Origin: Salinivirgaceae bacterium
GTDB lineage: Bacteria > Bacteroidota > Bacteroidia > Bacteroidales > SZUA-534
Assembly (NCBI GenBank): GCA_024405635.1
Contig: JAKSOL010000002.1
Coordinates: forward strand, 32,001-96,000
Direction of reading: 5' to 3'
DNA: 64,000 bases
The notes under the pieces were generated by a model. It did no database searches. It saw nothing but the letters and a program-made list of their open reading frames with translations, and was not told where the DNA came from. Made by a program: the position numbers and the translations under genes. Each line of letters begins with the position of its first letter. Position 1 is the stretch's first letter. Of the stretch, positions 56,618 to 64,000 are shown piece after piece.

Positions 56618-57295
56618 ATGAGTAATCTTTTCTCTTCGTCAATCGGCAAAAAGCTGATAATGAGCGTAACAGGATTGTTCTTGGTGCTCTTTTTGCTTTT
56701 CCACATGTCGATGAACTTGGTGGCAGCATTTTCAGGCGAGGCCTACAATGCTGTGTGTGAATTTCTAGGAACAAACTGGTATGCCTTGGCAGGTACAGCA
56801 GTTTTGGCTCTTGGTTTTATTTTTCACATTATCTACGCTTTTGTTCTTTCAGTTAAGAACCGTAAAGCACGAGGTGCTGACCGTTACAGCGTAACAGTTA
56901 AACCAAAATCAGTAGAGTGGGCATCACAAAACATGTTGGTGCTTGGTCTTATTGTAATCTTGGGTGTTGTTCTTCACTTGAGCCAATTCTGGTACAAGAT
57001 GATGTTTGCTGAATTGGCAGGTATTGAAAACAGCATTTCAGCTACAGATGGTGCAGCTTGGATTAAGTTCTACTTTAGCCAACCAGTAGTTGCAGTACTT
57101 TACATTGTATGGCTTGCAGCTTTGTGGTTCCACGTAACTCACGGCTTTTGGAGCGCTATTCAAACCATCGGTTGGAACAACAACATTTGGGTTGAACGTT
57201 GGGAGTGCATCTCAAGAATCTTCGCAACAGTTGTTTGCGTAGGTTTTGCAGTTGTAGTGCTAGGCTTTGCAATCGGCATTTTCCCATTGTGCTAA
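56618..57295 (+). CDS. sdhC: Succinate dehydrogenase/fumarate reductase cytochrome b subunit
   Basis: SSIGKKLIMSVTG, five TM helices, heme-ligand histidines, HGFWSA.QT.G. Confidence 0.93.
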   Translation: MSNLFSSSIGKKLIMSVTGLFLVLFLLFHMSMNLVAAFSGEAYNAVCEFLGTNWYALAGTAVLALGFIFHIIYAFVLSVKNRKARGADRYSVTVKPKSVEWASQNMLVLGLIVILGVVLHLSQFWYKMMFAELAGIENSISATDGAAWIKFYFSQPVVAVLYIVWLAALWFHVTHGFWSAIQTIGWNNNIWVERWECISRIFATVVCVGFAVVVLGFAIGIFPLC

Positions 57296-57326
57296 TAATT
57301 GAACAATAAATAAAAAGTATACAGAG

Positions 57327-59315
57327 ATGTCTATTATAGATTCAAAAATTCCAGAAGGTCCAGTAGCTGAAAAATGGACCAACTATAAAGCTCACCAAAA
57401 ATTGGTGAACCCAGCAAACAAACGTAAACTCGACATTATTGTAGTAGGTACTGGTTTGGCTGGTGCATCGGCTGCATCTACTCTTGCAGAGATGGGTTTC
57501 AATGTTCTTAACTTCTGCATCCAAGATTCACCACGTCGTGCTCACTCAATTGCTGCACAAGGTGGTATCAACGCTGCTAAAAACTATCAAAACGATGGTG
57601 ACTCAGTTTATCGTTTGTTTTACGATACTGTAAAAGGTGGCGACTATCGTGCTCGTGAGGCTAACGTTTATCGTTTGGCTGAAGTGTCAAATAATATTAT
57701 TGACCAATGCGTTGCACAAGGTGTTCCTTTTGCTCGTGAGTACGGAGGTTTGTTGGCTAACCGTTCGTTCGGTGGTGCTCAAGTAAGCCGTACCTTCTAT
57801 GCTAAAGGTCAAACCGGACAACAATTGTTGTTGGGTGCATACTCAAGTCTTAACCGCCAAATTCAAGCTGGTAAAGTAAAAAGCTTTAACCGCTACGAAA
57901 TGCACGATGTTGTTATGATTGACGGCCGTGCTCGTGGTATCATTGCAAAGAACTTGGTAACCGGTAAGTTTGAGCGTTTTGCAGCTCACGCAGTTGTTCT
58001 TGCAACTGGTGGTTACGGAAACACCTACTTCCTTTCAACAAACGCTATGGGTTGCAACTGCTCAGCAGCTATTGCAGCTTATCGTAAAGGTGCATACTTT
58101 GCAAACCCTTCATACGTTCAAATTCACCCAACATGTATCCCTGTTCACGGCGACAAACAATCAAAATTGACTTTGATGTCTGAGTCGTTGCGTAACGACG
58201 GTCGTATTTGGGTACCAAAAGATATTGAAGATGCTAAGAAACTTCAAAAAGGTGAAATTAAAGGTTCAGATATTCCTGAGGACCGCCGCGACTACTACTT
58301 GGAGCGCCGTTACCCAGCTTTCGGTAACCTTGTTCCTCGCGACGTTGCATCTCGTGCAGCTAAAGAGCGTTGCGACAAAGGATTTGGCGTAAACAACACT
58401 GGTTTGGCTGTATTCTTGGATTTCTCAGAGGCTATCAACCGTCTAGGTATCGATGTTGTTCGCCAACGTTACGGCAACTTGTTCGATATGTATGAGGAAA
58501 TTACCGATGTTAACCCAGGCGAATTCGCTAAAGAAATCAACGGTGTTAAATACTACAACCCAATGATGATTTTCCCAGCTATCCACTACACAATGGGTGG
58601 TATTTGGGTTGACTACGAACTTCAAACTTCGGTTAAAGGTTTGTTCGCAATTGGCGAGTGCAACTTCTCTGATCACGGTGCTAACCGTTTGGGTGCATCT
58701 GCTTTGATGCAAGGTTTGGCCGATGGTTATTTTGTATTGCCTTACACAATTCAAAATTACTTGTCAGACCAAATTACCGTTCCACGTTTCTCTACCGATG
58801 CTCCAGAGTTTGCTGCAACTGAAAAAGCTTGTATCGAGGCTCAAAAAGCATTGTTGAAGAACCCAAAAGGCAAAGACGGAAAATCTGTTGATACCCTTCA
58901 CAAAGAGCTTGGCCACATTATGTGGGAATATGTTGGTATGGGACGTACCAAAGAAAGCCTTGAAAAAGCTCTTGTTGAATTGAAGAAAATCCGCAAACAA
59001 TTTGAAGAAGAGTTGTTTGTACCAGGATCAGAAGAGGGCATGAACAACGAGCTTGACAAAGCATTCCGTTTGAAAGACTTTATTGTGATGGGTGAGCTTA
59101 TTGCTAACGATGCACTTCACCGTGAGGAATCGTGTGGTGGTCACTTCCGCGAGGAACACCAAACCGAAGAGGGCGAGGCAAAACGTAACGACCAAGACTT
59201 CTTCTATGTTGGTTGCTGGAACTATCAAGGTGACGACAATAAAACACCAGAACTTATTAAAGAACCTCTTGTATATGAGGCAATTAAAGTTCAAACACGT
59301 AACTATAAAAACTAA
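57327..59315 (+). CDS. sdhA: Succinate dehydrogenase/fumarate reductase flavoprotein
   Basis: [27 protein letters not shown] and HGANRLG motifs. Confidence 0.96.
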   Translation: MSIIDSKIPEGPVAEKWTNYKAHQKLVNPANKRKLDIIVVGTGLAGASAASTLAEMGFNVLNFCIQDSPRRAHSIAAQGGINAAKNYQNDGDSVYRLFYDTVKGGDYRAREANVYRLAEVSNNIIDQCVAQGVPFAREYGGLLANRSFGGAQVSRTFYAKGQTGQQLLLGAYSSLNRQIQAGKVKSFNRYEMHDVVMIDGRARGIIAKNLVTGKFERFAAHAVVLATGGYGNTYFLSTNAMGCNCSAAIAAYRKGAYFANPSYVQIHPTCIPVHGDKQSKLTLMSESLRNDGRIWVPKDIEDAKKLQKGEIKGSDIPEDRRDYYLERRYPAFGNLVPRDVASRAAKERCDKGFGVNNTGLAVFLDFSEAINRLGIDVVRQRYGNLFDMYEEITDVNPGEFAKEINGVKYYNPMMIFPAIHYTMGGIWVDYELQTSVKGLFAIGECNFSDHGANRLGASALMQGLADGYFVLPYTIQNYLSDQITVPRFSTDAPEFAATEKACIEAQKALLKNPKGKDGKSVDTLHKELGHIMWEYVGMGRTKESLEKALVELKKIRKQFEEELFVPGSEEGMNNELDKAFRLKDFIVMGELIANDALHREESCGGHFREEHQTEEGEAKRNDQDFFYVGCWNYQGDDNKTPELIKEPLVYEAIKVQTRNYKN

Positions 59316-59334
59316 CGGTTAAAACGATTGTAAA

Positions 59335-60087
59335 ATGGAAAAAAATATAACAGTTACTTTGCGTGTTTGGCGTCAAGAAAACCCAAAAGCAAAGGGAGAA
59401 TTCAAAGAATATAAAGTATCGTCAACCACTGACACCTCATTCCTTGAGACTCTTGATATCTTGAATGAGGACTTGGTTGCAAAAGGTGAAGAGCCTATCA
59501 CTTTTGACCACGACTGCCGTGAGGGTATTTGCGGTATGTGCTCGCTTTACATCAATGGTCATCCACACGGACCTGCTACCAAAGCTACAACTTGCCAACT
59601 TTACATGCGTCGTTTTAAAGACGGCGATGTAATTAGCGTTGAGCCTTGGCGTTCGGCAGCTTTCCCTGTGATTAAAGACTTGATGGTAAACCGTAATGCA
59701 TTTGACCAAATTCAACAAGCTGGTGGTTATGTATCGTTCAACTGCGGTGGCGCACAAGACGCTAATGCGTTGCCAATTGCAAAAACCGATGCTGACCTTG
59801 CAATGGACGCTGCTACCTGCATTGGTTGCGGTGCTTGTGTTGCTGCTTGCAAAAATGGTTCTGCAATGTTGTTCGTGTCTGCAAAAGTTTCACAATTTGC
59901 TTTGTTGCCACAAGGCCGTGTTGAGGCTAACCGCCGTGCTTTGGCTATGGTTGCAAAAATGGACGAACTTGGTTTTGGTAACTGCACCAACACTCGTGCT
60001 TGCGAGGCTGAATGCCCAAAAGGTATTTCAATTGCAAATATCGCTCGTTTGAACCGCGAGTATTTGAAAGCAAAATTCAATAGCTAA
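59335..60087 (+). CDS. sdhB: Succinate dehydrogenase/fumarate reductase Fe-S subunit
   Basis: [20 protein letters not shown] and [12 protein letters not shown] motifs. Confidence 0.96.
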   Translation: MEKNITVTLRVWRQENPKAKGEFKEYKVSSTTDTSFLETLDILNEDLVAKGEEPITFDHDCREGICGMCSLYINGHPHGPATKATTCQLYMRRFKDGDVISVEPWRSAAFPVIKDLMVNRNAFDQIQQAGGYVSFNCGGAQDANALPIAKTDADLAMDAATCIGCGACVAACKNGSAMLFVSAKVSQFALLPQGRVEANRRALAMVAKMDELGFGNCTNTRACEAECPKGISIANIARLNREYLKAKFNS

Positions 60088-60109
60088 TAAAGCTTACTGA
60101 ATAACACTT

Positions 60110-60147
60110 AAACACCCCGTCAAGATTGTTTGGCGGGGTGTTTTTTT
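60110..60147 (+). terminator. Intrinsic terminator after sdhB
   Basis: AAACACCCCGTCAA/TTGGCGGGGTG plus T7. Confidence 0.85.
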
Positions 60148-60174
60148 ATTTTGAGAGATACAAAACGTATCAAT

Positions 60175-61065
60175 CTAAACTTGCTTGTTTGCTTTGCGTT
60201 TGCGCTTTATCCAATAAACAAACATTGACAAAACTCCAAGCGAAAGAATTGCTTGCCAGTGCTCCGCTACAAAAATGATTGAGTTTGAGAAAAACGAACT
60301 ACCGTTTTTTAATGCTTTACGTAGCCGTGCCATAAAACTATTATCGGCTTCAGCCTTTGATTCTTGATTGGTTATATTGAGGTTGAGTGTGCTGAAATTA
60401 ACTTGATTGTTTAGGTATTTCAGTCGGCCAGTTACGCTTTCAATTTCTTCCTCGATGCAACGTATTTGGTCAGATATGCTGGCAATCTCGCTAACTTTTT
60501 GCGCTTGTTTTAGTAGCACTTTGTATTGCTCAATGTACTTGCGTTTGTTCTCAAGTCGTGTTTCAATATCTACAAACTGCTCGGTAACGTCGTTTGTGCT
60601 TATGTTTTTGTATGTCACTTTGCCGTTGCCATTTTCTATACAATTCAAAAACGCATCAAAGTTGCCGCATGGGATGCGAATGCAAAGGCTGTATCTTTCG
60701 TTCCAACGGTTGTTGTAACTTTCGCTTGAATAGTAACCATTAAAAATTGCAACTAAACTATCAATTGTGGCTTTTGTGCTAACAATATCGGCCGTTTCAA
60801 TTTCCATTTGTCCGTTACGTATTATTTTTTTCTCAACGTTGATAGTTTGATTTGTAGGCTCGTTAGTGCTTCCAAAAGTGGCGTTTTTGCGAAAAGCAAC
60901 GTTGCTTTGCGATGCCATTGGCATAATCTCTTCTTCCACCATAAACTCTGCATCGTCGGCAGCAACTATTGAGTTAGAAGCATAAAGGGCAGAATTACTT
61001 GTGCTATTTCCACACGATTGTAGCATTAAAGCAGATGCAAGTGTTATGATAAATGCAGTTTTCAT
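60175..61065 (-). CDS. DUF4349 lipoprotein with C-terminal TM helix
   Basis: Lipobox LQSC; KKIIRNG, IRIP...FD, DVTEQFVD...RL, coiled coil, V.FSTL.L; -7 box TAACTTTG at 61160-61153. Confidence 0.88.
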   Translation of the reverse strand: MKTAFIITLASALMLQSCGNSTSNSALYASNSIVAADDAEFMVEEEIMPMASQSNVAFRKNATFGSTNEPTNQTINVEKKIIRNGQMEIETADIVSTKATIDSLVAIFNGYYSSESYNNRWNERYSLCIRIPCGNFDAFLNCIENGNGKVTYKNISTNDVTEQFVDIETRLENKRKYIEQYKVLLKQAQKVSEIASISDQIRCIEEEIESVTGRLKYLNNQVNFSTLNLNITNQESKAEADNSFMARLRKALKNGSSFFSNSIIFVAEHWQAILSLGVLSMFVYWIKRKRKANKQV

Positions 61066-61228
61066 AGCTATAGTTTTTTTAGTTCCTTTTTCTGATGATG
61101 GATGAAAATTGAACGTGTTTTTTTGTGGTTTAGTGTTCGATGTTGAGTATAGCAAAGTTATTTTTTTTGAGAATTGATGAGGTTGCGATAGCATTATTGC
61201 AACATCAAATACATGCGCAAATGTCAAC

Positions 61229-61263
61229 AAAAAAAGCGAGCCTTGATTAAAGCTCGCCTTTTT
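61229..61263 (-). terminator. Terminator after the GH9 gene
   Basis: A7-GCGAGC...GCTCGC with a T-rich flank. Confidence 0.75.
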
Positions 61264-61285
61264 GATGTTTATATGCTTGATAAGG

Positions 61286-63889
61286 TTATTTGTTTATTGC
61301 TTTTGCAACTTCCTCGCAAGCAAGGTTAAGCATAACGTAGTTTGGTACTGAATTGATGCAGCATTCATTTTCGCCCCAAAGGAATGGGTAGTCGTCTTTG
61401 TTTTCCATAAAATCGGGGTTGCGCACCAAAAGACCAGGAACAATTCCTCCAGGAATGGTTGTGTAATCGGCGCGAGTGTTGCCGTATGCTACTTTTTTAG
61501 TGTTTACACCAACATCGTTTACAAACGACACGTTGCTGTATGGGTGGCAACCATACAAGTAGTTAAGACCTTTTAGAACAAGTTCAGGATCAATCATTTC
61601 AGGGAATCTTTTCCAAATCAGATAGGCATTAAAAGCGTTGCTCATAACTATTGTGTTGCCGCCCCAACCGTAGCCCGAAATGGTAACTCCATAAGGGTTG
61701 TCGGCGCCTTGTTTGTTCATTGATTCAACGTATGCCGGAATAGCTGCCTTTACTATTTCTTGTGTGGTAGCATCAAGCAAGTCGTAAACGCGTAGAACTA
61801 GCGAAAGATTAAACATTGGAGCGCTTCCTCCTCCCCAAAATGCGTTTGGATTTTCGTTTTTAGGATTAATTAACTCTAATATTTTTTCAATAAAAATATC
61901 CTTGTATTTATCGTCGCCAGTGGCATAGTACAGTTCAACAGCACCTCTTATTTTGGGGTCGCCACTATACCAACGGCTATTTCGTTGGTTAGCTTCGTCT
62001 TCTGGGTCGCTGTTAACAACGTATTTTTCCCAAAGCATAATTGCGTTTTTCAGCGAGCGTTCAGCCTCTTCGGGGAAATACTCTTTAAGGGCAGGATATG
62101 CAGCAGCAAGACCAACAATCGACTTCATTACACTTGCAGCGGTAGGTTTGCGAGTCATAATGATGCGGTCGTCGTATGTTCCGCTTCGTTTGCCGTCGGC
62201 CGACACTTCAAATGGTTTAAGCGATGGGTCATAAATCAATCCGTCGGTAAGGTTAATTGCATCGCCAAGGTGGTGATACTGATGCATTTGAGGCTGACCA
62301 ATGTTGTTCGATACAAAACCTAAAGCTTCAATTTGAGCATTCATGTTAAGAGTTCCATGCATAATTTGTTGCACAACATCGGGCAAACCGTCGGGACGAT
62401 GAATGTCGGCAAATTGCGTGGTCTCGTCAATAAAAGTCATGTCGCGCATAGGCTTAAACATTCGCCAAAGAGTTGCAAGGTCTGATGTGGTTGTTACAAC
62501 CGAATTTTGTTGAATATCAAAATCGCCAGCATCGTACCAACCGCCAACTGCAAGTCCTGGCACGTGCTCAAGTGGCTTGTATTGGGTGAAATTTTCAGCG
62601 CCTTGAGAGTATCCGTCGTGAATCTTAATATTGGCAGGAGCCATAATAGCATCGTCCATGTTGGCGCGGCCGTGCCATACTCTGTAAGCCTCGTTTACCT
62701 CCATGTGGTCCATTGCAACAACCAACGAAATGTCCATTGACGCATGCCACTTATCGGAATAAACGTTGTTGTTTATTGGGAATGCGTTTGTTGTGGTTCC
62801 GTTATATTCAATTGCATACAAACCGGGCTCGTATAGCTTGCTGAAATCGATTTTTGCATAATTGTAGCGGTTGTTAAAAACTCCCCATTTTTCAACTGGG
62901 ACAACCAATGCCACTTCTTTAGTTCCCTCGGGAGTGTAGCGAATAATTTTTGCGTTTTTGGCAACTTTGTCGTTTTTGTCAAGTTCAACCACTGCAACTT
63001 TCTTTTGTGCTGGAGTATAACCAATTTGTGAAAAACCAATGTTTGGTTTGCGTACCCATTTAGCGTCGCTTTTAGGCACAATTTGCCACTCCAAGACAAC
63101 TCCTGTTTTGTTGGCTGGCAAAATTGAGCGAACAACAAATGTTCCGTTTTGTGCCAAAAGTCGGCCGTCGTATAAATTGATGTCGATGTTTGAGTTTATT
63201 GCAACGCAAAGGTTGTCGTCTTCGGGTGCAAGTACAATTTCTTTTCCGGTTGCAAGTGGTTGTGCTACAAGAAATTCGCCACGTCCGCGGTCGTCAAAAG
63301 TCGATTCTCCAAAGTATTGCGGTATTTTTTCAGACACAGGCTTCACCTCGGTATTGTGTTGCGGATATTTTGGAAGAATGCCAGCTTCGTAATCCATTAT
63401 GTAATTTTTGCCGAAGAACGATGCTGGAAAAAATTCAAGGTTCATACCTGCTTTGCCAATTAGTTCTTCGGGCACAGGCTTGTCAAGAATCACTTCAAGC
63501 GAAACACCTTTTCCTTCAGCATAGACGCAGATTTTCGACATAAAGTCGTACTCTTTGTAATAGAGCGATACTTCAATAGAGTTCTCTTGTCGGTTTACTA
63601 TGCGGTTTACCATAGTGCCGTAAATGTCCCATTGCTCAGGAGTGTTCATTAAGCGTATTCCTCCGCCGGTGCTGATGCGCTCGCCACGTTGAATAATTTC
63701 AATGCCAGCAAGTTTTTCGTCACAAAAGCCGCCGTTGTATATGTTGTTGTAAACTAACACATTAACGCCTTGGGCTTCAAAATACTCCAAGTCGTTTAGC
63801 CGCATTGTTTGAGCGGTTAAGGTTAAACTCGATGCCGAAACAAGCATCGTTGCAAATAACCTTGCAATGTTGTTCAATGTTTTTTTCAT
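61286..63889 (-). CDS. Glycoside hydrolase family 9 with N-terminal extension and Ig-like module
   Basis: Signal peptide; SQIGY.P..KK.A (CelD_N-like); GGWYDAGD; NYLYGCHP..SFV..VG; C-terminal D....W.ENE..I. Confidence 0.85.
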   Translation of the reverse strand: MKKTLNNIARLFATMLVSASSLTLTAQTMRLNDLEYFEAQGVNVLVYNNIYNGGFCDEKLAGIEIIQRGERISTGGGIRLMNTPEQWDIYGTMVNRIVNRQENSIEVSLYYKEYDFMSKICVYAEGKGVSLEVILDKPVPEELIGKAGMNLEFFPASFFGKNYIMDYEAGILPKYPQHNTEVKPVSEKIPQYFGESTFDDRGRGEFLVAQPLATGKEIVLAPEDDNLCVAINSNIDINLYDGRLLAQNGTFVVRSILPANKTGVVLEWQIVPKSDAKWVRKPNIGFSQIGYTPAQKKVAVVELDKNDKVAKNAKIIRYTPEGTKEVALVVPVEKWGVFNNRYNYAKIDFSKLYEPGLYAIEYNGTTTNAFPINNNVYSDKWHASMDISLVVAMDHMEVNEAYRVWHGRANMDDAIMAPANIKIHDGYSQGAENFTQYKPLEHVPGLAVGGWYDAGDFDIQQNSVVTTTSDLATLWRMFKPMRDMTFIDETTQFADIHRPDGLPDVVQQIMHGTLNMNAQIEALGFVSNNIGQPQMHQYHHLGDAINLTDGLIYDPSLKPFEVSADGKRSGTYDDRIIMTRKPTAASVMKSIVGLAAAYPALKEYFPEEAERSLKNAIMLWEKYVVNSDPEDEANQRNSRWYSGDPKIRGAVELYYATGDDKYKDIFIEKILELINPKNENPNAFWGGGSAPMFNLSLVLRVYDLLDATTQEIVKAAIPAYVESMNKQGADNPYGVTISGYGWGGNTIVMSNAFNAYLIWKRFPEMIDPELVLKGLNYLYGCHPYSNVSFVNDVGVNTKKVAYGNTRADYTTIPGGIVPGLLVRNPDFMENKDDYPFLWGENECCINSVPNYVMLNLACEEVAKAINK

Positions 63890-63921
63890 GGATTAAATAT
63901 GTTTAGGGAATTGTTTGGTAG

Positions 63922-63999
63922 TTATTTAATTTCAATTCTATTGCCCAATACAAGCTTGTCACCCGACAAATCTACACTCCAAAACTGGGGTTTGCGTGG
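63922..63999 (-). CDS. 3' end of an upstream CDS (truncated by window edge), product unknown
   Basis: Open frame ..PRKPQFWSVDLSGDKLVLGNRIEIK-TAA ends 32 nt before the GH9 ATG; too short for the ORF track. Confidence 0.55.
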   Translation of the reverse strand, partial: PRKPQFWSVDLSGDKLVLGNRIEIK

Positions 64000-64000
64000 A

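Noticed and set aside
63922-64000. Possible structured RNA at the right edge
   Set aside because: Better explained as the 3' end of a minus-strand CDS; no tRNA, tmRNA or RNase P signatures.

Overview
A 64-kb, densely coding chromosomal segment from an anaerobic Bacteroidota (Bacteroidales-type) genome. The assignment rests on TAnnTTTG -7 promoter boxes, starts without Shine-Dalgarno motifs, PorX, an Lnb/DUF4105 gene and a Bacteroides-type sdh/frdCAB operon. It holds about 49 CDS, two of them cut by the window edges, mostly housekeeping or envelope genes (porX, pepT, pbpC, alpha-2-macroglobulin, asnA, parE/parC, lpxB, surE, tsaE, purN, rnhA, pyrE, gpmI, uvrA, trpB2, aroK, ispD, sdhCAB). There is one SRP (4.5S) RNA, many intrinsic terminators, and scattered plant-glycan genes (GH95, GH51, CE2-like esterase, GH9, FucP) with no SusC/SusD pair. 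I see no transposase, integrase, prophage, CRISPR array, tRNA, rRNA or defence island, and no clear-cut new multi-gene system. The best leads are smaller: a beta-clamp-binding-like motif at the end of ParC; pyrE and a NUDIX gene whose start codons abut (CATATG) with a promoter inside the partner gene; an orphan secreted PapD-like + MORN-repeat operon; a fused double DUF4491 membrane protein; a Roco-like LRR protein lacking Roc-COR; and a composite intergenic repeat. All family assignments come from motif recognition by eye, not from database searches.
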